A stretch of DNA of 64,000 nucleotides, taken from the NCBI GenBank assembly GCA_016906335.1, contig JADEYG010000015.1:1116001-1180000 (forward strand), given 5' to 3'. The notes beneath the pieces were generated by a model, which saw only the letters and a program-made list of their open reading frames with translations, did not search any database and was not told the origin of the DNA. Both the position numbers and the translations under genes were made by a program. Shown here one piece after another: positions 49,024 to 60,117 of this stretch. The first letter of the stretch is position 1; every line of letters begins with the position of its first letter. This DNA is from Novakomyces olei. Its lineage: Eukaryota.

Positions 49024-51315
49024 ATGACTTTTGCGTACCAAAACACGTTGAAAAAGCTTCCAATCCCGGAGCTGGACGAAACCTGCCGAAATTATTTGGC
49101 GTCCTTGAAACCTCTGCAGACGGAAAGGCAGCATGCAGCAACACAAGCGGCGGTACAAGATTTTCTCGAAACAGACGGACCGAGACTGCAAGCACGGTTA
49201 CGCGAGTATGCTCAGGACAAATCGAGCTATATAGAACAGTTTTGGTTTGATTCTTATTTGAACTATGACAGCTCTGTCGTGCTGAACCTTAATCCGTTTT
49301 TCCTCCTTGAAGACGACCCTACTCCGAGCAGAAACGATCAATTGCTGCGGGCAGCTTCACTGACATATTCGTCGCTTTGCTTTGTAAGGGCAGTAAGACG
49401 GGAAGAATTGCCGCCCGACAAGATAAGGGGCACTCCGCTCTGCATGTACCAATACTCGCGTATGTTTGGAACTGCACGGATCCCTACAGAACAAGGCTGC
49501 GTGATGCAGACGTCGGCAACGTCTCGCAGTATCGTTGTTTCCTGCCATGATCATTTATACTGGTTCGATGTGCTTGACGCAGAGTCAAATATCATTGTTA
49601 CAGAGAAGGATTTAATGGAGAATTTTCGAGCCATCAAGGCAGATGCGGCAGCTTCACACAGCACAGAATCCTCACGGCAAGCAATTGGAATCTTGAGCTC
49701 GGAGAACCGTAAAGTCTGGGCCCGACTACGGCACCAGATGAAACATGAAGATGGACAAAACTGGGAGAATTTACAGATAATTGACTCTGCGCTTTTCATA
49801 GTATGCTTGGACAACTACGCACCGCGGTCTGTGTCGGAAGCATGTAGCAATATGCTCTGTGGTACTTATGACGTTGTGAATGGAGTTCAATGTGGAACAT
49901 GTATGAACCGGTGGTACGACAAACTGCAGCTGATCGTATGTGAAAACGGATCGGCTGGCGTCAATTTCGAGCACACCGGTATTGACGGTCACACGGTCCT
50001 CCGGTTCGTCAGTGATATCTTTACCGACACAATTTTGCGCTTTGCACGGAGCATTACGCACGCGGCCAGTTCCATTTGGCTGAGTGAGACTCCTGATCCC
50101 AACAAACTGCCAGAGTCCTCTCTGCAGGGAGCAGTTTTGTCCCCACTCAAACTGGAATGGCGCTTGTCACCGCAGCTGTCCCGGGCAATACGGTTTGCTG
50201 AAACTCACTTGTCTGATCTAATCCTGCAAAGCGAAATGCAAGTGTTGGAGTACGATACGTACGGGAAGTCCTTTATCACAAGTGCAGGATTTTCTCCCGA
50301 TGCCTTTGTGCAAATGGCTTTCCAAGCAGCTTATTATTCGCTTTATGGAAGCGTTGAATGTGCTTATGAGCCGGCAATGACAAAGACCTTTTTGCACGGC
50401 CGAACAGAAGCAATTCGTCCCGTGACACCAGAGAGTGTAAATTTTGTGCAACAGTTTTGCGATGACGTCAGCGCCAAAATAAAGATTAGTGCTCTTCGCA
50501 AAGCGTGTGCTCGTCACACTGCCCTGACAAAGCAGTGTGCCAGTGGCCGTGGCCAAGATCGGCACCTGTATGCTCTATACTGCCTTTGGCAGAGGGGACT
50601 GGACGACCCATCGCTGCCCCCGACAGAAGATCACTCAAACGACTCTTCGCCCATTGACTCTGAGCAGCAGAGACGGCTGCCCACTATTTTTGCCGATGCT
50701 GGATGGGGCGTTTTGAATAATGCCATTATCTGTACGAGCAACTGCGGAAATCCGGCGCTTCGGTTGTTTGGGTTCGGACCCACATCGGCGGATGGGTTTG
50801 GACTGGGCTATATAATAAAGGACAACAGTATCTCTATATGTGCTTCCTCAAAGCACAGGCAGACTCTGCGTTTATTGCAAACTCTTTCCGCCTACTTGCA
50901 CCAGATCCGGTCACTACTGCGACAGGATATGCCCGCCACTCGCAGAAGGTCTTCCGTAACAAATGGCCGTGTTAATGGCGATGGCCGTGCTTTCAATCCC
51001 TCACTGGTTAACAAGGGAATTGAAGACAAGAAGGGCCGTGCGCCTCCAGGCATTCCCGTCCTACCGGCTACTCCGACGGGGAACCGTCAAGTGGACGAGG
51101 ACGATTCCAACGATTATGGACTCGACGGGTACAATTACTTTGACATGGGCGCTGTTCCGGACTCGAGACAACCGAGCCGACAACCTAGTCGACAGCTTAG
51201 CCGGCAACCCAGCCGGCAGCCGAGTCGGCAACCGAGCCGTACAAACTCTTCTTCCGACTTGCAGCAGCTGGCAGCGTCTCATACCCTGGCAGCCAAACCA
51301 AAAGTCTGGGCATAG
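49024..51315 (+). CDS. YAT1: Carnitine O-acetyltransferase, Yat1/FacC type
   Basis: LKKLPIPEL, NRWYDKLQLIVCENG, catalytic FEHTGIDGHTVLR, YEPAMTKTFLHGRTEAIR, GQDRHLYAL, TSNCGNPALRLFGFGP. Confidence 0.95.
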   Translation: MTFAYQNTLKKLPIPELDETCRNYLASLKPLQTERQHAATQAAVQDFLETDGPRLQARLREYAQDKSSYIEQFWFDSYLNYDSSVVLNLNPFFLLEDDPTPSRNDQLLRAASLTYSSLCFVRAVRREELPPDKIRGTPLCMYQYSRMFGTARIPTEQGCVMQTSATSRSIVVSCHDHLYWFDVLDAESNIIVTEKDLMENFRAIKADAAASHSTESSRQAIGILSSENRKVWARLRHQMKHEDGQNWENLQIIDSALFIVCLDNYAPRSVSEACSNMLCGTYDVVNGVQCGTCMNRWYDKLQLIVCENGSAGVNFEHTGIDGHTVLRFVSDIFTDTILRFARSITHAASSIWLSETPDPNKLPESSLQGAVLSPLKLEWRLSPQLSRAIRFAETHLSDLILQSEMQVLEYDTYGKSFITSAGFSPDAFVQMAFQAAYYSLYGSVECAYEPAMTKTFLHGRTEAIRPVTPESVNFVQQFCDDVSAKIKISALRKACARHTALTKQCASGRGQDRHLYALYCLWQRGLDDPSLPPTEDHSNDSSPIDSEQQRRLPTIFADAGWGVLNNAIICTSNCGNPALRLFGFGPTSADGFGLGYIIKDNSISICASSKHRQTLRLLQTLSAYLHQIRSLLRQDMPATRRRSSVTNGRVNGDGRAFNPSLVNKGIEDKKGRAPPGIPVLPATPTGNRQVDEDDSNDYGLDGYNYFDMGAVPDSRQPSRQPSRQLSRQPSRQPSRQPSRTNSSSDLQQLAASHTLAAKPKVWA
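51164..51240. repeat. 12-bp coding repeat (SRQP, about 6 copies) in the YAT1 C-tail
   Basis: SRQPSRQPSRQLSRQPSRQPSRQPSR with synonymous codon variation. Confidence 0.9.
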
Positions 51316-51833
51316 AGATGACTTTGGAGTGAATAATTTTATCTACCTACACACGAGCATATCTTTGCGATTATTTGGAAGCTCGGCATGACAAGAAGTG
51401 TGCTATGCATGCTATGCACTATGACAAAAATGAAGGCGATTTTATTTTATTTTGTTTTATTTTATTTTATTTTTGTTTTAATTCTTTTTTGGGCCCGTTC
51501 AATGCATCGAGTTTTGCAGGATACCTCTCTGTGATTACGTTTGCTTCGCTTTGGCAGCTTTATTTTATAACTATGCAATATGTACTAAATTCCAAGGTCG
51601 TAGACGTGTAAGAGTCCAAGATCGCAATAGCATTACTTTTCTTGTTTTCATTATACATACAATTTTAGACTAAACCAGAGATAAATCTCGCAGTCAATAT
51701 ATATATGTCAATAATAGTATTATTTATTATTCGTAGTATAAATTATACTGTGGAAAATCGAGTATAATATGGAACCATTGTAAGCGTGAAAATTGTCGAG
51801 CTTACCAATCACTCACCACGATTCTGAGTATAG

Positions 51834-51903
51834 CAAAGGCGGGAAAAGTAGAGTGTAAAGCTTTCCAGGCCGAATACTCTACACTATACTTTTCCCGCCA
51901 TTG
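51834..51903. other. 27-bp inverted repeat (24/27 matches, 16-nt loop)
   Basis: Left arm CAAAGGCGGGAAAAGTAGAGTGTAAAG (51834-51860); right arm CTCTACACTATACTTTTCCCGCCATTG (51877-51903). Confidence 0.9.
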
Positions 51904-52416
51904 TCCTAGACTTCTGCCGGCCATCATCTTTCACCCTGCCGCCGCTCAGCTTTTCTGCTGAATTACGGCGCGAGTTTGGGGTTCACGAGCCGTTATGTGC
52001 AGAGAATAAGGCTTGAAATCGACGGGCCGGTTCAGCTTAAAACCATTGCAGGTGACACGAGGATGAACTGTGATGACCTAGTCTGAATACATTGAGAATA
52101 AAACTACGATTCGTTACAAGGCAGTTCCCTCGAGCATTGGCTTTGTATATTTATATATATATATATATATTTTATTGTAGGACGCTAACTACATGTAGAC
52201 AGGAAAAAGCCGTTGCATAATCGCTCCAAGCAAGGCAGTATTTCCCATTCAATTAGTCTACAAGACCGTATAGAGACCGCGGCGTAAACGCCTTCAACTT
52301 TAGTGCCCAAAGGCGCAGTTGTGGCCCACAATAATCAGCCTTGATGTAATGAGTTGAGCTGCAAAGAGCCGTGGCACAAATATTTATATTCCCAGCCAAC
52401 CCAAGCAATCTTCCAG

Positions 52417-52477
52417 TTTACCAGCTATAAGCAGTTTACCAGCTATAAGCATTACCAGCTATAAGCATTACCAGCTA
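52417..52477. repeat. TTACCAGCTATAAGCA tandem repeat, 3-4 copies
   Basis: Visible directly; a separate CTAGAACAGA x3 lies at 52858-52887, just before the next ATG. Confidence 0.88.
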
Positions 52478-52888
52478 CACGCATACTAGTTTACGCTAAA
52501 CTATTATAGTGCTTGTACAATCTAAACTTGGTCTATCTGTTCCTGGTGCACGGCCAATCATATTCGTATTATTATTTATTGTAGAGCTCAAGTTAACAAA
52601 AGCAAACCTTCCCGGCTCTGCTCGACCCTCGCCTGCACAGCTGCCGTGGTAAACGTGTGCTTACGGCCGGAAAATAATCGCCGGTAGCGTTCAGGCAACG
52701 TATCAAGGAACCGGCAGTGACGCCTATCCGTCTCGGGCTGCGTAACCCCTCGCCCGTTTGATTGTAGGAACCGGCATTTCATATTGATCCCTTCTGCCTC
52801 GCTTGCCAGTCCTTCCTTGCCCCGACTAACAGCTCTACAGAAACCCCAAAGAAGAGTCTAGAACAGACTAGAACAGACTAGAACAGCT

Positions 52889-55093
52889 ATGCTTGCAGCA
52901 GTGCGACGGAGCGCTGGCCAAGCGCGTTTACGCAGTACGCTGGCTAAAAGCAGCCGGGCCTTTTCGGCGAGTGCGCTACGATCTGCTCCGGAGATCACGC
53001 TTACAATAGACGGCAAAGAAGTGACAGTGGAACAAGGATCAGCACTGATTCAGGCGTGTGAGAAGGCCGGTGTGCATATCCCACGGTACTGCTACCATGA
53101 AAAGCTGCAAATTGCCGGTAATTGCCGTATGTGCCTTGTGGAGATGGAACGGGCACCGAAACCTGTGGCCTCGTGCTCAATGCCGGCTATGCCCGGCATG
53201 AAGATCCATACAAACTCGCCTCTTGTGCACAAGGCTCGGGAAGGTGTAACGGAAATGCTTCTGCAGAACCATCCGCTGGACTGCCCTGTGTGTGACCAGG
53301 GCGGTGAGTGTGACTTGCAGGACCAGAGCATGCGCTACGGCCGTGACAGGGGCAGGTACCATGAGCTTACGGGCAAAAGGGCCGTTGAGGACAAGAACAT
53401 TGGCCCTCTGATCAAGACTGTAATGACACGGTGCATTCACTGTACCCGATGTGTTCGCTTTGCCAATGAGGTTGCTGGTGCTCCAGAGCTGGGCACTAGT
53501 GGCCGTGGCAACAATATGCAGATTGGCACTTATATAGAGACGGCACTTAAATCTGAGCTGTCTGGCAACGTAATTGATCTGTGCCCGGTCGGGGCGCTTA
53601 CTTCAAAGCCCTATGCCTTTCGAGCAAGGCCGTGGGAGTTGAAACGGACAGAGTCCATCGACGTCCACGATGCCCTGGGTGCGAATATCCGTGTTGACTC
53701 TAGAGGCATGGAAGTCCTGCGTGTCCTGCCCCGCTTAAACGACGAGATTAACGAAGAGTGGCTGGACGACCGTTCCAGGTTTGCCTGTGATGGCCAAAAC
53801 TTACAGCGGCTGACTACTCCGCTCGTACGTGAGGGCAATGCCTTCCACACGGCAACGTGGGAACAGGCACTCGCAGCTGTAGCCCAAGCTTTCAAGGACA
53901 AGCGTCCACAGGGCGATGAGTTTAAAGTCATTGCTGGACACCTGACGGACGTGGAGACGCTGGTGGCGGCTAAAGACCTGGCCAACAAGCTCAACAGCGA
54001 CAATCTTGCTCTGGACCAGCCCTTGGGAGACCTGCCACCCGTCCACGGAGTCGACATGCGCAGCAATTACCTGCTCAACTCCAAGATTACTGGTGTAGAG
54101 GAGGCCGATTTCATTTTGTTGGTGGGCACTAACCCGAGGCACGAGGCTGCCGTGCTGAACGCACGTATCCGCAAGAGCTGGCTGCACAAGGACAATGTGC
54201 AAATTGCCCTCTGTGGACAAGAGGGCACTCCGCTAACCTATGACTACGAGTACGTGGGAGCGGATGCGGCCAGCCTGAAGAAGGCCTTGAGTGGAGACGT
54301 TGGTAGAAAGCTGGACGCTGCCTCAAAGCCTCTGATTATCGTGGGCTCTGGTGTGGCAGAGCACGCTGACGGCCACAGCTTTTACGAAGTGGTTACAAAC
54401 TTTGTAAGTAAGCATGCTGCCAAGTTTTTGCAGCCAGAATGGACTGGGTACAGTGTCCTGCAGCGGGCAGCTTCCCGGGCGGGTGCCTACGATGTTGGCT
54501 TTGTGCCACCGCGGCCAGAGATGGCCGCTATAAAGCCAAAGATCGTTTGGCTGCTGGGAGCGGATGAAATCAAGCCAAGCGATTTGCCCAAGGATGCCTT
54601 TGTCATCTACCAGGGCCACCATGGAGACATTGGAGCACAGCTGGCAGACGTTGTTCTGCCCGGAGTTACTGCGTACGAGAAGGCAGCCACATACGTTAAT
54701 ACTGAAGGCAGAGCCCAGTCTACGGTGGCCGCTACTAACGCTCCCGGTGTTGCCCGTGAGGACTGGACAATCATCCGTGCAGCGAGTCAGTACCTCGGCC
54801 AGACGCTGCCGTACGATGACGTCTTTCAGCTGCGAGCACGGGTAGCGCAAGTTGCTCCGAGCCTGGTCCGGTACGATGTGGTAGAGCCCTCGTCATTGGC
54901 TTCCGTCGGCGTTAAGCGCATACTCGACTCGGTCAAGGGTTCGGCCAGCAAAAATGTGCCGTTTGAGAACCCGATCAAGGACTTTTACCTGACAAACTCG
55001 ATTGCACGCAACTCACGGACAATGAGCCGCTGCTCTATTCAGTATACAAAGGGCGGTTCCCACGACTTGAAGCCAGAAGTCGCGTACGGTTAG
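52889..55093 (+). CDS. nuo78: NADH:ubiquinone oxidoreductase 75/78-kDa subunit (NDUFS1/NuoG), intronless
   Basis: IPRYCYHEKL.IAGNCRMCLVE, NHPLDCPVCDQGGECDLQDQ, MTRCIHCTRCVRF, DLCPVGALTSKPY; mitochondrial presequence. Confidence 0.98.
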   Translation: MLAAVRRSAGQARLRSTLAKSSRAFSASALRSAPEITLTIDGKEVTVEQGSALIQACEKAGVHIPRYCYHEKLQIAGNCRMCLVEMERAPKPVASCSMPAMPGMKIHTNSPLVHKAREGVTEMLLQNHPLDCPVCDQGGECDLQDQSMRYGRDRGRYHELTGKRAVEDKNIGPLIKTVMTRCIHCTRCVRFANEVAGAPELGTSGRGNNMQIGTYIETALKSELSGNVIDLCPVGALTSKPYAFRARPWELKRTESIDVHDALGANIRVDSRGMEVLRVLPRLNDEINEEWLDDRSRFACDGQNLQRLTTPLVREGNAFHTATWEQALAAVAQAFKDKRPQGDEFKVIAGHLTDVETLVAAKDLANKLNSDNLALDQPLGDLPPVHGVDMRSNYLLNSKITGVEEADFILLVGTNPRHEAAVLNARIRKSWLHKDNVQIALCGQEGTPLTYDYEYVGADAASLKKALSGDVGRKLDAASKPLIIVGSGVAEHADGHSFYEVVTNFVSKHAAKFLQPEWTGYSVLQRAASRAGAYDVGFVPPRPEMAAIKPKIVWLLGADEIKPSDLPKDAFVIYQGHHGDIGAQLADVVLPGVTAYEKAATYVNTEGRAQSTVAATNAPGVAREDWTIIRAASQYLGQTLPYDDVFQLRARVAQVAPSLVRYDVVEPSSLASVGVKRILDSVKGSASKNVPFENPIKDFYLTNSIARNSRTMSRCSIQYTKGGSHDLKPEVAYG

Positions 55094-55412
55094 TCGCATA
55101 GTCGTAATGAGTCTGTAATAAACTTGGATATATCAATTACGAGATGAATGGAAACCGGAATAGAAAGCAGAGTAGGGTACTGGTAAATAGTGGGCAAGTA
55201 CCGAAGCAGCAAATAGTCCAGCAGCGTATAGTAGGCGGCTAATAATAAAGGAGGCTAATAAGGCGGCAAATAGTAAAGCGGCGAATAAGGCGGCAAATAT
55301 AGTCGGCACAAGACAGAAAAGCACTCGAGCGAGTTGGAAACAGGGTAGGTTATTTTTATCTACTTTTTGCCGTATTTGGTAATATTATAACATACGACGA
55401 GAAAAGCACACG

Positions 55413-55637
55413 GTTGATGGTAATATTACAGTTTTGATGGGTATAATATTACAGTTGATGTGTATAGTATTACAGTATTACAGTTGATGGTAATATTACG
55501 ATGTGTATAATATTACAGTTATATGTGTATACTATTACAGTTGATGTGTAAAAAATTACAATTGATGATAATACTACAGTAATATGTGTATAATATTGGT
55601 AATATTACAGTTGATGGTATAACATTACAGTAATATG
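55413..55637. repeat. Degenerate minisatellite (about 18-20 bp, TGATG(G/TG)TAATATTACAGT)
   Basis: Roughly 10 imperfect ATTACAGTTGATG units just upstream of the LRR gene. Confidence 0.85.
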
Positions 55638-55670
55638 TGGTGCGTATAGTACACGCACGTCCACGCACAT

Positions 55671-56408
55671 ATGCTCGCATTGGAGGCGATAAAACAGGAA
55701 CAGGATCAGAAGCAAAAACCCTACTCAACTCGAAAAACCTACTTTCGCAGTGCCTTAATTCTAAGGCAGCTGCCCTTTGGCTTTGCTCATGCATTTCCAG
55801 AGCTGCGGTACCTGATCCTGCGTGGACGCGGTCTCGTGCAGTTGCCGGACGAGTTGAGCCAGCTTCGGCATTTGGTAACGCTCGATGTCCGGCAAAACGA
55901 GCTTCATACGCTTCCGCATACACTGAGGTATTTGCCGGATCTGCGTACCGTCGAAGCGGACGGAAATCCTTTGCTAAATGCCAGCGAAATTGACGAGTAC
56001 AATTCCTGCAAGAGCCAAGGCGGGAATGGATCAAGCGCGACACTGACGAGACGGTGCATAGAGTACCTGCAAATACATGCAAATTATGCCACGGAATATG
56101 ATCTGCCGCCTCACTTGGGACAAGCTTTACAGCAGCCTTTGCACGTGTGTGGCGAGTGTGAAAGACCGCACTCACAGCCGTTTGCGAGCCGAGTTCGAAT
56201 GGTAACTGTGTGCCTGAAACGGGTGCCTCTACGGTTTGCGTTTTGTACAAGACGATGCCTAGTGACCCGCCTGGAAACGTGGGCTCTGGACGATCAGCTG
56301 TGCGCGGAAAAACGGGTATTGCGGCGGCAGCGGTTTGGATGCTCAGAAGCCAGTGGGGAGGTTAGTGCCGACCAGTTGACCTCGCGATTCCGTCGTATGC
56401 TGCTTTAA
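55671..56408 (+). CDS. Short LRR protein with BC-box-like motif and Cys cluster (LRRC58/LRRC28/LRR1-like architecture)
   Basis: LRRs (LRYLILRGRGLVQLP, LVTLDVRQNELHTLP, LRTVEADGNPL), TLTRRCIEYL, LPPHLGQAL, CGEC...C...FCTRRC. Confidence 0.8.
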   Translation: MLALEAIKQEQDQKQKPYSTRKTYFRSALILRQLPFGFAHAFPELRYLILRGRGLVQLPDELSQLRHLVTLDVRQNELHTLPHTLRYLPDLRTVEADGNPLLNASEIDEYNSCKSQGGNGSSATLTRRCIEYLQIHANYATEYDLPPHLGQALQQPLHVCGECERPHSQPFASRVRMVTVCLKRVPLRFAFCTRRCLVTRLETWALDDQLCAEKRVLRRQRFGCSEASGEVSADQLTSRFRRMLL

Positions 56409-56708
56409 ACGCTGCAATTGTGTATTTCGTCATCTATTTCGTCATCGCGGCTTGGATGAAACAAGGGAATCAGTGGGTTGCTACTGCATTTCTATGGCAG
56501 TGGACACGGCCTTGTTGTGACTGCATTATATCATTACCCTTTCTATTTGGCATTTTGGTCGTATTGGGGACATGTAGATATGGATAATATATGGATATAT
56601 AAAAATAGTGAATATTTTCGAGTTTTTATCATTATTCCAGGCATTATATCATACACCGCGCAAAATACCGCCTTGATCTTCTGCCGATTGTACTAGTAAA
56701 TTATCTAT

Positions 56709-56838
56709 ATTATTAGAATTATTTAATATTAGAATTATTAAATATTAGAATTATTTAAATTATTAGAATTATTTAAATTATTAGAATTATTTAAATTATT
56801 AGAATTATTTAAATTATTAGAATTATTTAAATTATTAG
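56709..56838. repeat. 18-bp AT-rich tandem repeat ATTATTAGAATTATTTAA, about 7 copies
   Basis: Visible directly. Confidence 0.92.
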
Positions 56839-56940
56839 CATTATATTTAATAATATTATTTTATTTTCTCGGTGCGCGATCACTTCACATGCTTAAAGAG
56901 CAATAAGGTCGCCCTTACTTACTCCTGACACCTGCATGCA

Positions 56941-59900
56941 ATGGTGAGCGGTCTCGGCGAGCAATGTAAAGACCTATTGTGTTTTGCCTGTTAAATAAAT
57001 CTAGTTGACAATGTTTCGCTCGACGATAGAATCAGTGCGTCAATGCCGAATAGCGCGTTTGAAGATCAAACGGCAAAATATAAAGCCGCTGTCGCTGGTA
57101 GGGACAACGAGACTGTTTGATGACCCGCATCTTTGCTTACAGCTAGCTCTAAATGTCGGCGAGCTTGTTCGGCACCCTTCTTTCCAATTGGCCGATTCAA
57201 TTGGCGCTATCGAGGTTGGCAGTACCATTTTAATAATAATTGCAAAACTAAACGGCCAGATTGGTGATCCAAAGATGGACAGTGGACTGGGACCAGATGT
57301 GGCTCCGTACAATGTAGCACAGCCCCTTTCCGCGCCTGAAATAATTTGGGTCATGGACCGAATTCTGGCGTGTGAGGTAAAGCGTTAATTTTCTAATTAA
57401 TTAAATCGTTTGAACGCTATTTTTATTAATATCAGATGTCGTGGCATGCTGGGCATGCTTTTTTACAGACTCTGTTCTCCTCCGAATATGTGCTCAAAGT
57501 CTTGGCTGAAGCAAACGGGCAACTCGGGTCGGAAACTCCACGTTTTGCCGATGCTCGGAGAACAGAGACAGAGTTGCTTGACCTCGTGCTTTGGCCCTAC
57601 GTATGCGCTGTCATAAAGTGCTGTGATCTTGCTCGACGATCTCTGATACAATCTCAATTGTACCCGGTAAGATTGGGAGTGGGTTTGGTTTCTTATTTTG
57701 TCTAGTTCAAATTTGTTTTTATAGAGAGTTGCCTTTTCCCTGGCTTAATGTTTGCCTTTTTCCCCAGCTTAATGATTGTCAATTTTTCAATTTTTCAATT
57801 TAATAATTTAATAATTTAATTATTGATCTGGCGTTATTTAACTCCATAAACAACATTGCTTACAGACACAGGATGAGGATATGAATACGGATACTTGTGG
57901 CGTTTCTTTACTCGAATCTACGACGACAGAAACAGTGAGCCAGCTTCTGGCTCAGGCTACTTCCTGGCTGTACTCGAAGCAGAGATCAGCAGAGGCAATT
58001 TATGGAGCAAAAGCGGTATCGGCCATTCTTGCCAGACTGCGTTTGCGGCAGCAAATGCTGAACGTTTTTGACGGGGAACCGAGCCATGGCCTTTCCATTG
58101 CAGAGGTGCAACAGTCGGCAATGGGCGATGTTTCGCGTCGTTGTCCGACGGCCTTTTCAATGCGCGCGCAGCGTCTGCTAGCCAGCACTGTTCCGCCTCG
58201 GCCAGTAGTTATACTGGATACTGAGCCAGCGTTCAGTATGTGCAAACAACTTGCATCGGAGTCTGGTTGGTACAGTGTTGTATCGGGACTGCGACCAGGT
58301 TCGTTGATTGATTCTGAGGTAAGAAAATAATACAAGATGCCCAAAGGAAAAGAAAAAAAAAATATTTACATTTATATTAATAGCACTAGAACAAAATAAA
58401 AGGCAAACAAAATGAAACTTAAAAGATTGCAATAATCAGAAATAAATAAAATTTTAAGACAAAAGAACAAAGTAAAGGACCAGTGTGCTGACGGTATAGA
58501 ACTTTTTATGGATTTTCGCTTCGAAACGCGTTTTGGCGCTGGCTTATATACGTGCCGAGCTGCAATTAGTAGGAGCCTGCAAGTTATCTCACAATGCTAA
58601 TTGCTAGGGCGTTCTCGCGCTGGAAGACAGGGACAAACAGACTCATTTGTATGCTCGCTCATTGTTACGGAATATTAAGGGAATCGCTACACTTCCTGCT
58701 CTCGTAGACCAATGCTTATATCATCCACCAGAGTCCCCTCACACTCCGGGATTCCGGGTCAGTCGAGAGATTAATGAATTTTTTACTATTGCCATCGCAC
58801 AGCATAATAAACTGCGAGCTATTTTATGTCATAATTACGCACGGCAATATCGAAATTTTGTTAATGTTCTTCCCGAGTGGGCGACGGTCTTTAGAGAAGT
58901 AAGTGTTGGAATTTTAATTGTTTTTGAGAATAGAAACGAGTTTTCCACGCTATTTACTATTTATTTTTTGTTTATATTTTTTTGTCTTTTCTTTTGTGTC
59001 TATTTATAACTTTGGCTCTTCTTGTACGTTTAATGAAAAGACAAAGCATTATTTAGAAAGAATAAACTAATTCAAGGCCGAAAAAACAGACGATACAGTG
59101 GCTCAGATCTATGATGAATCAGATCCAGAAACAGCGATGAGTATGCGGCGCAACAAACCCTTTTCGACGTGGGCTCGCTTTACTCAATTATGTATAAAAG
59201 CCACAATATTATCACTCATTTTGCGAATGGAACTAGCACAGAAACGTGAATTATATTGCGTTTTCTCATATCAGGCTTTTGTTTTGGATAAATTACGTAA
59301 CCTTGTGACTGAAGCAGCTGAAAATGCGGTAGTAGAAGGAAAGAATGACGAGGCTTTACGGAACAAGGCATTGGTTTATTCGACGATGCATCAACTAGCG
59401 CGTGATGCGGCTCGGGTATGATTATTTGTATTTATATTATTATTATTATTATGAATTTTTATCATATACTATGAATATTTTCAAATTGTTATCTCAAACA
59501 GAACTAACAAAAAGATGTGGGTATTCACTCAATCCGATAATTTAGATTCACTTGAATTAGGACTTTGTGAGTCGCAATACAATCTGCGTTTCTCTATGTT
59601 TCGAGACTCAGAGTTTGTTTCGCAAATTATACAGACACAAATTTTAAAGCGTGAAGCAGCCGAATTTGCTACTGATCGCAAATCTGTGCTTGATAATGTT
59701 TTTTCAACATTATCAAAGTCACGTCACACACTAGTCAATGATTTGATACCCCGTTGTATTGGCGATAACGCGGCAGAGCGTGAACTTTGGGAGGTAAGTT
59801 CCTTATTCTAATATTTGAGGGAGTATTATATCCATTTGCAATTCAATATATTTTTAAATAAATCAAAAAAATTCCCTTTTTTTCTGTCTTGTGCATTTCG

Positions 59901-60117
59901 TTACTGGATAAAATTTCGAATCAGCTTGTTCCGCCTCTAATATTTGCTACTATTATTGTTCAGACTGTGCTTATTTTGCTAGCAACTACGGGATATTGTA
60001 CGAACATGTGTCACTAATGTTCTGGCAATACGAGAATATGCGGCTGACCCCGAAGCGAGCTGGCAGCTTGATTTCATACACTGCAAAGAATTTCCAGTAC
60101 TATTACGCGCATCTTAA
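56941..60117 (+). CDS. MAK10: NatC auxiliary subunit Mak10/NAA35, many exons
   Basis: LNVGELVRHPSFQLADSIGAIE|IGDPKMDSG, MDRILACE|MSWHAGHAFLQTLFSSEY, LYP|DEDMNT, QRLLASTVPPRP, HNYARQYR, terminal EFPVLL. Confidence 0.88.

Noticed and set aside
52070..52086. C/D-box snoRNA (TGATGA...CTGA)
   Set aside because: The boxes are too close together for a guide, and I recognised no upstream C box, terminal stem or rRNA complement.
55519..56250. 243-aa minus-strand ORF
   Set aside because: Antisense shadow of the LRR gene running into a minisatellite; no recognisable motif.
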